Positions 15,032 through 22,597 of a stretch of 22,597 bases of DNA are shown piece after piece. Under the pieces are notes generated by a model, which worked only from the letters and a program-made list of their open reading frames with translations, was not told the DNA's origin and did not search any database. The translations under genes were made by a program, and so were the position numbers. Each line of letters begins with the position of its first letter. The stretch's first letter is position 1. The stretch is taken from positions 4,502 to 27,098 of the forward strand of contig JBBFKW010000024.1 of the NCBI GenBank assembly GCA_037481835.1, read 5' to 3'. Source of the DNA: Desulfosoma sp. Lineage in GTDB: Bacteria; Desulfobacterota; Syntrophobacteria; Syntrophobacterales; DSM-9756.

Positions 15032-15090
15032 AAAGGAACTCTTGCCGGAGAGGGTGGCGCAGAGAACCCCGCCATTGTCCGGGGAGGCCT

Positions 15091-15480
15091 ATGGCTCGAA
15101 AGAGAATCCGACTCAGCCCCAAAGAGTTCCACCACCTGGTGGAACAGGCCGTCGCCCGCATTCCGTGGGATATCCGGCGGCATTTGGAAAACATGGTGAT
15201 CACCGTGGAGCGACGGCCGAGCCGCGAGTTGCTGGAAGAGGTGGGGGTGCCTCCCGGGGAAACCCTCCTGGGCCTCTACGACGGCGTGCCGCTCACCGAA
15301 CGCAGCGTGACCGACCCGCCCCTCTATCCCGACACGATCTATCTGTTTCAAGAACCCTTGGAGGATGCCTGCGCCACGCGGGAACAACTCATCGAAGAAA
15401 TTGAAATTACCGTCGTCCACGAAGTGGCCCACGCTTTGGGGCTGAGCGACGAGCGGCTCCAAGAGCTGGGCTACGGGTGA
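15091..15480 (+). CDS. Minimal zincin-like metallopeptidase (Zincin_1/DUF1025 type)
   Basis: 129 aa. LLGLYDGVPLTER, PDTIYLFQEPL, TVVHEVAH (HExxH). SD GGAGG. Confidence 0.9.
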   Translation: MARKRIRLSPKEFHHLVEQAVARIPWDIRRHLENMVITVERRPSRELLEEVGVPPGETLLGLYDGVPLTERSVTDPPLYPDTIYLFQEPLEDACATREQLIEEIEITVVHEVAHALGLSDERLQELGYG

Positions 15481-15547
15481 AAAAAACAAACCCGCACGGT
15501 GCGATCGGGATTTCGGGGCACAGACGGACCGGACCTGTGGAGGGGCA

Positions 15548-16600
15548 ATGATTCAAGAAAAGAGGCAGGTTCACCGACCCCAGTCGCTGGTCTTGGCCGT
15601 GATCACCTCCGCGGCCTTATGCCTTTTAAGTTTTTACAATTACCTCCTCTTCCACACACTCGTGGAAATTTTCAGCGTCGTAGTCGCCGGGGGTATCTTC
15701 ATCGTGGCATGGAACACCCGGTCCTACATGTCCCACGATTATTTGTTTTTCGTGGGTATCGCCTATCTTTTTGTCGGGTTCACCGATCTTATCCATACGC
15801 TGGCCTACAAAGGCATGGGGGTTTTCCCATGGGCAACGGCTGACGAACCCACGCAGCTCTGGATCCTCGCCCGGTCCATGGAAGCTCTGTCCCTGGCGGC
15901 AGCCCCGTCTTTCGAACGAAGGAGGGTTCGAGCAGATTTGGTGTTCTCCCTCTTTGCGGGGGCGACGGCCTTGGGCATGGCGGCCGTCTTTTGGTGGAAA
16001 ATTTTTCCGACATGCTTCGTCGAGGGCGCCGGCCTGACGGCGTTCAAAATCGCCAGCGAGGTCGTGATCATCGGCTTGGTCGCTGTGGCCATGGTGCGGT
16101 TCAAAGGCATCAGGCATCTTTTTCCGGTTCGGGTCTACCATCTCATCTTCTGGGCTCTCCTGTGCACCATTGGGGCGGAACTGGCGTTCACCCTTTACAG
16201 GGATGTTTTCGGGCTACCCAACATGCTGGGCCATCTCTTCAAACTCCTCTCGTTCGCGATTCTTTATGAAGCTTTGCTCCAGACGGGGTTCCGGGATCCG
16301 TTCGCCCTGCTCTTTCGTGAACTCAAGGAAAGCGAAACATCCCTTCGAGAAGAAAAGGCAAAGCTGGAAGAAGCCTTACGCGAAATCAAGGTGCTGAAAG
16401 GCCTCTTGCCCATCTGTTCCTTTTGTAAAAGAATTCGGGACGATCGTGGGTATTGGCAAAGCCTTGAAAACTACTTGCGCACCCACACGCAAGCTCAGCT
16501 GTCCCACGGTATCTGTCCGGAATGTCTCAAAGAAAAATACCCGGAATACGCGGAGCAGGTCCTCGGCGCAGAAAAGGACGAAAAGAACGACAAGCCTTGA
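15548..16600 (+). CDS. MASE3 membrane sensor protein with coiled coil and C-terminal four-Cys domain
   Basis: 350 aa. NYLLFHTLVEIFS, DLIHTLAYKGMGVF, TQLWILAR, GLTAFKIASE, GHLFKLLS; C-terminus LLPICSFCKRIRDDRGYW...SHGICPEC. Confidence 0.87.
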   Translation: MIQEKRQVHRPQSLVLAVITSAALCLLSFYNYLLFHTLVEIFSVVVAGGIFIVAWNTRSYMSHDYLFFVGIAYLFVGFTDLIHTLAYKGMGVFPWATADEPTQLWILARSMEALSLAAAPSFERRRVRADLVFSLFAGATALGMAAVFWWKIFPTCFVEGAGLTAFKIASEVVIIGLVAVAMVRFKGIRHLFPVRVYHLIFWALLCTIGAELAFTLYRDVFGLPNMLGHLFKLLSFAILYEALLQTGFRDPFALLFRELKESETSLREEKAKLEEALREIKVLKGLLPICSFCKRIRDDRGYWQSLENYLRTHTQAQLSHGICPECLKEKYPEYAEQVLGAEKDEKNDKP

Positions 16601-16667
16601 AACGAAAAGCGGCCGGGACGGACGTCTTTCGGCCGCTTTGGCAGACGGGTGTGGGGAAAAAAGGGGG

Positions 16668-17243
16668 TTACGGTTTGGGCACGAAAGCCCGTTGGGGGTC
16701 CAGGTCGTAGGTCCAGGGAGCCCCGGAGTTTTTCCAGCCGTTCTTCATCCGCTTGCCCTTGTAGTAGCTTTCCGCATCGGCGACCTTGTCGCCTTCAAAG
16801 CCGTCGACGACGTTATACACATTGGTGAACCCCGCGGCCGCCAGGCGTTCGATGGCTTTCGCAGAGCGATGCCCCGATCGGCACATCACAAGGATCACGT
16901 CGTCGGGTTTGAACCGCGCCTTCACCTGTGCTTCGAAGTTCGGGTTGGGAGCCAGAGGGAAGTCCTTCTTTTCATCATTCCACGTGCCGGTCCATACTTC
17001 CGACGGGATGTTCACCGCCATGGCGGGATGCCCCACGAACACATATTCTTCGGGGGTGCGAACATCCAGGATCGTCACCTTCGTCGGATCCGCCTTCCAC
17101 ATCTCGTAGGCTTCCAAGGCGGTGACGTACTTGTTCAGGCTCGTTCTCTTCTTTTCGTCGGACGGAACGTCCGCGGCGAAAGCCGCCGTCGAAAAAGCCA
17201 CAAGAACCAACACCCAAAGCCAGTGCAAGCCGCGTCGTTTCAT
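16668..17243 (-). CDS. Exported rhodanese-domain sulfurtransferase
   Basis: 191 aa from ATG 17243 (SD GAGGAG). Signal peptide MKRRGLHWLWVLVLVAFSTAAFA, LDVRTPEEY..GH, active-site loop CRSGHRS, DGFEG, GW. Confidence 0.9.
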   Translation of the reverse strand: MKRRGLHWLWVLVLVAFSTAAFAADVPSDEKKRTSLNKYVTALEAYEMWKADPTKVTILDVRTPEEYVFVGHPAMAVNIPSEVWTGTWNDEKKDFPLAPNPNFEAQVKARFKPDDVILVMCRSGHRSAKAIERLAAAGFTNVYNVVDGFEGDKVADAESYYKGKRMKNGWKNSGAPWTYDLDPQRAFVPKP

Positions 17244-17285
17244 GGCTTCCTCCTCGCCGGATTGTTTTCCCCACACCCGGAAACG

Positions 17286-17318
17286 ATCATTGACAAGGCC
17301 ATGTCTTCTGTCAATGAT
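17286..17318. promoter_or_regulatory. Symmetric bidirectional promoter / operator palindrome
   Basis: ATCATTGACA-13 nt-TGTCAATGAT, a perfect 10-bp inverted repeat. Reads TTGACA-17 nt-AATGAT on both strands. Confidence 0.7.
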
Positions 17319-17378
17319 AAATTTATATGAAAATAACATGAAATATTGTATTCACCGACAATTTTGCGGGAGGATCCC

Positions 17379-17978
17379 ATGAAGCTCGGCGGCCGACTCA
17401 AGACGTTTCTGATGATGGGATTCGTATTGGGGGTTTGTCTTGGGGCGTCGGAAAGTGTGCCGCAGGAGGAGAAGGCTCGGCAATTGGGCGCCAATGCGGC
17501 GGCGGAGCTGCAGCGGGTTTTGAAGGCGGAACTGAGCGCCGCCATGCAGGGAGGCGGCCCAGGGCAAGCCATTCGGGTGTGTGCTCAGAAGGCCTTGCTG
17601 TTGACCCGGGACATTCCCCAAAGGATGGAACTGCCGGCCTTGACCATAAAGCGCACGAGTGTGCGGTGGCGCAATGAAATGAACCGTCCCGACGCCTTTG
17701 AAGAGAGGATCCTCGCCGATCTGGAAGCCCGTGTGAAGGCCGAGGCGCCCTCGGAGCCGCTCTTGATCGTGCAAAACAAAGCCTATCATTATTTCGAGCC
17801 CATCCGCACAGTGGGGTTGTGCCTCACCTGCCACGGCCCGGAAGAGAAGATGCCGGAAAACGTCAAAAGCGCCCTGGACACCCTCTATCCCGGGGATCGG
17901 GCTCGAGGCTACGCCGCCGGCGATTTTCGCGGGGTGATTCACGTCACCATCCCTTTGGAGCTGCTCGCGGAGCCGTAG
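17379..17978 (+). CDS. DUF3365/Tll0287-like periplasmic c-type heme protein
   Basis: 199 aa from ATG 17379 (SD GGGAGG). N-terminal signal/anchor, AIRVC, KRTS..WRN..N.PD.FE, CLTCH heme motif, YPGDRARGY..GDFRG. Confidence 0.88.
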   Translation: MKLGGRLKTFLMMGFVLGVCLGASESVPQEEKARQLGANAAAELQRVLKAELSAAMQGGGPGQAIRVCAQKALLLTRDIPQRMELPALTIKRTSVRWRNEMNRPDAFEERILADLEARVKAEAPSEPLLIVQNKAYHYFEPIRTVGLCLTCHGPEEKMPENVKSALDTLYPGDRARGYAAGDFRGVIHVTIPLELLAEP

Positions 17979-18129
17979 GCGCGGGTGATCCTTTTCGGCC
18001 GGAAGCGGGATGGGGGCGGGGGACGCCGCGCGTCGGCTTGGCACAGGGTCTCGAGTTTCTTCCTCCGTTGTGACACCGCGAGGAGTGAGCCCGTCCGCGA
18101 TTTTTGTGGGGGTTCGGGCTGAAGCTCAT

Positions 18130-18160
18130 GTTGGGGTTTGCCGCGCTCACCCCAACCTAC
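18130..18160 (-). repeat. GTAG-type REP-like palindrome (single copy in window)
   Basis: Minus strand reads GTAG-GTTGGGGT-gagcgcggcaa-ACCCCAAC: a GTAG foot directly before a perfect 8-bp stem. Confidence 0.6.
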
Positions 18161-18263
18161 ATCTCGCTCCGGCGACACAACGACCCTGCACGTTTGCCCT
18201 TCTGAGCCGCTGCGCTCGACTTTCAAACAAACACGCCCCATTGGCCCTTGTCGAACAGGCTCC

Positions 18264-19343
18264 CTACGGTCCCTTGATGCGGGAGGTGCCGGGGATCAAG
18301 GTCTTGGTGGCGAGGACGCCGGGAATCTGGCGGATGTTTTCGTGCACGAACTGGGAGATGGTTTCCGCGTCGGAACTCAGGAGATCCCGCCGCAGCTGGA
18401 TCTTGACCAAAAGGTCCACGTCGCCGAAAACGCTGTGGACTTCGTGGACTTCTTCGAGCTGAAAAAGCTTTTCGACGATCTTTTCTTCCTTTTTCGCCTG
18501 AACGTTCATGAGCACAAAGGCCGTGATCGTCCGCTGCATTTCGGGATAGTGCTCCATGTCGGCGTTTTTCATTTTTTCCCGGAAAGCCTCCATATCGTCG
18601 GGAAGGATTTCGTTCAGGCCGATGCCGTAGTGGCGTCGTTCGCCTTTTTCCCAGAGCCTCACGGACACGTAGGCGTAGAGGTCGGCCGTGGTGCGGCCGG
18701 GAAACCCTTGGGCGAGGTGCGCCTTGGAGAGAATGGTCGTCAGGGGCCTGTAGATGTGGTGGTACCAGTCCTTGGCCGCTTCCTGGAAAGTGATGTCGGC
18801 GCGTTCCGTGTCCCGGAGGTGTTCGTGATGGCGTCGGATTTGCTCCAAGAGTCGCTCGTATTGGCCGGGTTCCGTCAGGGTGATGTCGGCCTGGAGGCCG
18901 GTTTCGTCCAAGAAGAGGGCCCTGCGGCGGTAGAGGGCATCGCGGAGGTTGTCACCGGAGGGGATGAATTCCACGATATGGGCGAGGATCTCGTCGTGGC
19001 CGAGGGCTTTGGCTGCGGCCACCCGGTGGTTTCCGTCTTCCACGTAGTAGACGTCGCGAATCTGCCAGAGCCTGACCGGCGGAAACACGGCGCCTTGGCG
19101 CATGGCGTTTTTGATCTGTTCCAGCCGCTCGGAAGGGGCTCGGCTTTTCAGTTGGAACCGCTCATCGAAATCCTGGTAGCGGCCCACACTGCCCACGATT
19201 TTCTCCAGGGGCACGGTGCGCAGGCCGCGGTCGCGGCATTGGAAAGCGCCGTCCTTTTCTTGAAGCTCATAAAAACAGGCGGCGCCGCGGTCCTTTTGGG
19301 GCCGCGCGCCCCAGAGCCCGAGCTTTTCCAGGAATCGTCGCAT
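18264..19343 (-). CDS. ParB/sulfiredoxin-fold domain + DUF4032-like domain + Lrp/AsnC ligand-binding (RAM) domain fusion
   Basis: 359 aa. VPLEKIVGSVGRYQDFDERF, PPVRL, YYVEDGNHRVAAAK; GQYERLLEQI..H, WY..IYRP, RTTADLY; C-terminal AFVL...EVHSVFGDVDLLVKI...IRQIPGVLATKT. Confidence 0.82.
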   Translation of the reverse strand: MRRFLEKLGLWGARPQKDRGAACFYELQEKDGAFQCRDRGLRTVPLEKIVGSVGRYQDFDERFQLKSRAPSERLEQIKNAMRQGAVFPPVRLWQIRDVYYVEDGNHRVAAAKALGHDEILAHIVEFIPSGDNLRDALYRRRALFLDETGLQADITLTEPGQYERLLEQIRRHHEHLRDTERADITFQEAAKDWYHHIYRPLTTILSKAHLAQGFPGRTTADLYAYVSVRLWEKGERRHYGIGLNEILPDDMEAFREKMKNADMEHYPEMQRTITAFVLMNVQAKKEEKIVEKLFQLEEVHEVHSVFGDVDLLVKIQLRRDLLSSDAETISQFVHENIRQIPGVLATKTLIPGTSRIKGP

Positions 19344-19935
19344 CGTCGATATCCACGATGTGCCAACCGAAAGTGTTGAGGATGTTCGTCTCTCCCAGCC
19401 GCATCAGCCTCTGGGAGGGATCGTCAAAGGTTCTGTGAATATGCCCGTGGATGAACCAGCGGGGTTGATGGGTGCGGATGAACCGGACAAAGCATCGGAA
19501 CCCGCGGTGACAGGGATCATCCCCATCGCCCAAGCCCCGCGGCGGCGCATGGGCGATGACCATATCGACGCCGCCGTGCCACCAGATCAGGGGGCGCATC
19601 TTCCAGAGGATCGTGCGCATTTGGGCTTCCGTGTACTGCATGGGCCCGCCGTTGTACCACATGGATCCTTCGAACCCCAGAAGTCGAAGGCCCTTGAGGT
19701 CCACCAGGCGGGCGTGGACGTCCGTGGCCCCTTGAGGCGGTCGGCTGCGGTATCGAATGTCGTGGTTGCCCCGAACGTAGTAAACGGGCACGCGAAAGAA
19801 ATGCCCGAGATACGTCAGGTATTCGGGCGGGACATCCCCGCACGACAGCACGGCGTCCAAAGGTTCAAAGCGCTCTCGGTGCGACACCGGGAAGAGCTCC
19901 GGAGCCGTCACATCCGATACGGTCAAAAGACGCAT
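19267..19935 (-). CDS. Calcineurin-like metallophosphoesterase
   Basis: 222 aa. VSD, SCGD, VRGNHD, AHAPP, CHRGF, HGHIH. Confidence 0.9.
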   Translation of the reverse strand: MRLLTVSDVTAPELFPVSHRERFEPLDAVLSCGDVPPEYLTYLGHFFRVPVYYVRGNHDIRYRSRPPQGATDVHARLVDLKGLRLLGFEGSMWYNGGPMQYTEAQMRTILWKMRPLIWWHGGVDMVIAHAPPRGLGDGDDPCHRGFRCFVRFIRTHQPRWFIHGHIHRTFDDPSQRLMRLGETNILNTFGWHIVDIDDATIPGKARALGRAAPKGPRRRLFL

Positions 19936-19963
19936 GGCGCAGATCCGCCGGGCGACGGGGCCG

Positions 19964-20509
19964 TCAGGCGCCGCCCTTCGGGGAGGAGGTTTCGGCCTCT
20001 GTCGCCTGGGCGATGGGATAGAGCCGATCGCCGAGGCGCAAGGCGAACCGGTCGTCGTCCACGGGCTCGATCCATTGCGCCACCTGGTAATACGCAGGCC
20101 GGGAAAATCGGGCGGGGAAACGGCCGCGGCGCACGCGGCAGTAGAGGACGTTTTCCGGGCCGACCCACAGGGTGGACGGATCCAGGGGCTCCGTTTCCTC
20201 GAGGTGCTTGAAGGTCAGGAGGATGTGGGCCTCGGCGGCCCCGTTGGTGATGCGATCGACCCGGGTGATGACAAAGGGTGTGTCGGCCACGGTAATGGGG
20301 TGCAGCCGCCCTTGCCATTCCAGGACGTAGCGGCCGTCGTCGAGGAGGCGCAGGCACGCGTAAAAAGTCTCGAGAATTTCCTTACGGAAGATGGGCCGCT
20401 CGCCGTAAAACCAGTCTCCCTCCCGGTCTATGTAAATGCCGGTTTCGTCGCCGTTCACCGAAGGCGTCTGCGTGTTCTCACGGGTCGTGTGCGGGTTCTT
20501 TGCGCTCAT
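19964..20509 (-). CDS. DUF1285-like protein
   Basis: 181 aa. IYIDREGDWFY...I.R, ITVADTPFVI, LYCRVR...ARFSRPAYYQ. SD AGGAG. Confidence 0.75.
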   Translation of the reverse strand: MSAKNPHTTRENTQTPSVNGDETGIYIDREGDWFYGERPIFRKEILETFYACLRLLDDGRYVLEWQGRLHPITVADTPFVITRVDRITNGAAEAHILLTFKHLEETEPLDPSTLWVGPENVLYCRVRRGRFPARFSRPAYYQVAQWIEPVDDDRFALRLGDRLYPIAQATEAETSSPKGGA

Positions 20510-20546
20510 GGCGTCTCCTGAGGATGAGGGTTTCAGCGTTCGTCGG

Positions 20547-20996
20547 TCAAAAGGCTTTGCGACTGTCCAAGAGGATGGTGACCGGACCGTCGTTGGTCAA
20601 ATGGACCGCCATGGTTTCTTGGAAAACGCCCGTTTCCACGGGAACGGTGTGATCGCGAAGGGCTTGGACGAAAGCGCCGTAGAGGCGTTTCGCCTGATCC
20701 GGAGGGGCCGCGTCCACGAAGGAAGGTCGACGGCCCTTGCGGCAATCGCCCCACAGGGTGAACTGGGAGACGACCAAGACGGCGCCCCCGATGTCGAGGA
20801 CGGACCTGTTCAATTTGTCATCATCGTCGGGAAAGATCCGAAGATGGACGATCTTTTCCGCAAGATACCGGGCGTCTTCGTCCGTATCCCCTCGCCCCAC
20901 GCCGACGAAGACCAACAAACCGCGGTTGACGGCCCCGACGCTCCGGCCGCCCACTTCAACGGAGGCTTTGGAAACCCTTTGCACGACGGCCCGCAT
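20547..20996 (-). CDS. dtd: D-aminoacyl-tRNA deacylase
   Basis: 149 aa from ATG 20996. [41 protein letters not shown]. Confidence 0.96.
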   Translation of the reverse strand: MRAVVQRVSKASVEVGGRSVGAVNRGLLVFVGVGRGDTDEDARYLAEKIVHLRIFPDDDDKLNRSVLDIGGAVLVVSQFTLWGDCRKGRRPSFVDAAPPDQAKRLYGAFVQALRDHTVPVETGVFQETMAVHLTNDGPVTILLDSRKAF

Positions 20997-21017
20997 GATC
21001 CCTTCCTCCCGGGCGTT

Positions 21018-21047
21018 TTGACCTTGGCAGCCGGCGCAGGATATAAA
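21018..21047 (+). promoter_or_regulatory. Putative promoter of the radical SAM gene
   Basis: TTGACC-18 nt-TATAAA. Confidence 0.4.
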
Positions 21048-21095
21048 AGCCGCGCCTGGATTGGCAAACGGTTTTGACGGGAAGGACCAAAGTCC

Positions 21096-22502
21096 ATGAT
21101 CCGAAAACCTACGGTGCTCCTCATCAACCCGTGGATCACCGATTTTGCGGCCTACGACCTGTGGGCCAAGCCGCTGGGGCTCTTGCTCCTGGGCGCCTTG
21201 GTGCGGGAATCCGGGTGCCGGGTGTTTTTCGTGGATTGCGTGGACCGACATGATCCGGACACCGTGGGCCGCCAGGATGTGGTGCCCGGCCGGGACGACG
21301 CTTACGGGACGGGAAAGTATCCGAAAATGCCCATCCCCGTCCCTGAAGTTCTCGCCGACGTGGGTCGCCCTTTTTTTCGCTACGGCATTCACCCGGAAAG
21401 CTTTCGAAAGAAGCTTTCCGCCCTCCCCAAGCCGGACCTGGTGTGCGTGACGAGCCTCATGACCTATTGGTACCCGGGCGTGCAGGAAACCATCGCGGTC
21501 ATCAAGGATGTCTTCCCGAAGGTTCCCGTGTGGCTCGGGGGCATCTACGCTCGGCTGTGCCCGGAACACGCCCGGCAACGAAGCGGCGCGGATTGGGTCT
21601 TTTCCGGGCCCTTGTCCCATGCGGCGAAGGCCCTGAAAAATCTTTTCGGCGATGGGTTCACGGAGACGCCGGGGTGGGACGCCTTGGCCCAGGCGCCCCC
21701 TCCCGCCGTGGATCTCATGGAACGCCCCGCTTACGGACCGCTCCTTTTGAGCCTGGGCTGCCCCTACCGCTGCCCGTACTGCGCCTCGGCCATCCTGCAG
21801 CCGGAAAGGGTGTGCTTTTCGGCGCGGCGGATTTTCCAAAACCTCCTCGATCTTTATGAAAAGGCGGGGGTGCGGGATTTCGCCTTTTACGACGACGCAT
21901 TGCTTCTTACAGGAGGCGCGGCCCTTCGGGAGCTGGCGAAAGAGGTCCGTCGGCACGGACTTTCCGTGCGGTTTCATACCCCAAACGCGCTCCATGTGAA
22001 CGCCTTGGCCGATCCCGGCTGGAGTCGGCTGCTCTTCGAAAGCGGCTTTGTCACCCTTCGGCTGGGTTTGGAAACAACCCGTTCGGAACGCCACAAAAAA
22101 TGGGGGGGCAAGACGGACGTGGAGGGGTTTTTTCGGGCCATGGACGCCTTGAGCCGTGCCGGCTTTTCCCCGGAACGCATCGGGGTGTACCTCCTTGCGG
22201 GCCTCCCGGATCAAAACCCGGAAGAAGTGTGGGAAGGGATCGAGGTCGTGAAAAACGCAGGGGCCATGCCGTACGTGGCTGAGTTTTCTCCCATTCCGGG
22301 AACGGCGGTGTGGCCGGAGGCCGTCTCGCGGAGTCCCTTCCCCCTGGAGGAGGAACCCCTGACCCATAACAATTCCTTTTTTGCCTGCAGGCGCCCGAAC
22401 TTTACCCTGCACGACCTGGAGTGCCTGAAACGGCAGGCTCGAAACGCCCGCCGCACCCTTAAGACCGCACGGGGCCAAGGTTCCAGGACACAGGCCGGAT
22501 GA
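21096..22502 (+). CDS. B12-binding-domain radical SAM protein
   Basis: 468 aa. N-terminal [50 protein letters not shown] (CxxxCxxC), FYDDALL, RLGLET. Confidence 0.9.
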   Translation: MIRKPTVLLINPWITDFAAYDLWAKPLGLLLLGALVRESGCRVFFVDCVDRHDPDTVGRQDVVPGRDDAYGTGKYPKMPIPVPEVLADVGRPFFRYGIHPESFRKKLSALPKPDLVCVTSLMTYWYPGVQETIAVIKDVFPKVPVWLGGIYARLCPEHARQRSGADWVFSGPLSHAAKALKNLFGDGFTETPGWDALAQAPPPAVDLMERPAYGPLLLSLGCPYRCPYCASAILQPERVCFSARRIFQNLLDLYEKAGVRDFAFYDDALLLTGGAALRELAKEVRRHGLSVRFHTPNALHVNALADPGWSRLLFESGFVTLRLGLETTRSERHKKWGGKTDVEGFFRAMDALSRAGFSPERIGVYLLAGLPDQNPEEVWEGIEVVKNAGAMPYVAEFSPIPGTAVWPEAVSRSPFPLEEEPLTHNNSFFACRRPNFTLHDLECLKRQARNARRTLKTARGQGSRTQAG

Positions 22503-22597
22503 AGGGCCTCCAGCCCAGGGACGGCCCCGCCGTCTCCATGGGCTTTTTGTTTGCCCGGCAAAGCCGGTAACCCGTCCGCTTGAAAGAGAGCGGAGAT

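Noticed and set aside
18264..19343. Annotation as chromosome-partition ParB or as an Lrp transcription factor
   Set aside because: The motif is DGNHR rather than GxRR, no HTH was recognisable, and there is no parA or parS nearby.
20997..22478. Long N-terminal extension in frame with dtd (643-aa ORF)
   Set aside because: It is antisense to the radical SAM gene; dtd has a canonical MRAVVQRV start and SD at 20996.

Overview
GC-rich bacterial chromosomal segment. Gene content suggests an anaerobic sulfur-metabolising Desulfobacterota/deltaproteobacterium (inference only). No rRNA, tRNA, CRISPR array, transposase or phage genes were seen. From left to right: (1) a coiled-coil repeat protein running off the left edge, absent from the ORF track; (2) mgtE with a candidate leader-peptide/RBS-sequestering attenuator; (3) a divergent cluster marR - dsrE2-like - tusA - dsrM/narI-like - dsrK/hdrD-like - FadL/TodX-type outer-membrane channel, with an identical 15-bp operator-like sequence at both ends of marR; (4) a thymidylate-synthase-fold protein whose nucleotide-binding residues are remodelled; (5) ybjQ, a Tim44-like gene, a stand-alone carB, DUF362, a minimal zincin and a MASE3 sensor; (6) a divergent exported rhodanese / DUF3365 cytochrome c pair sharing a symmetric promoter-like palindrome; (7) a minus-strand operon dtd - DUF1285 - metallophosphoesterase - ParB/Srx-fold+DUF4032+Lrp ligand-binding fusion; (8) a B12-binding radical SAM gene. 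The best candidates for undescribed biology are the sulfur-relay/membrane disulfide-reductase/OM-channel cluster, the deviant ThyA, the ParB-fold enzyme/phosphoesterase pair and the mgtE leader. All family assignments come from motif recognition by eye, not from database searches.
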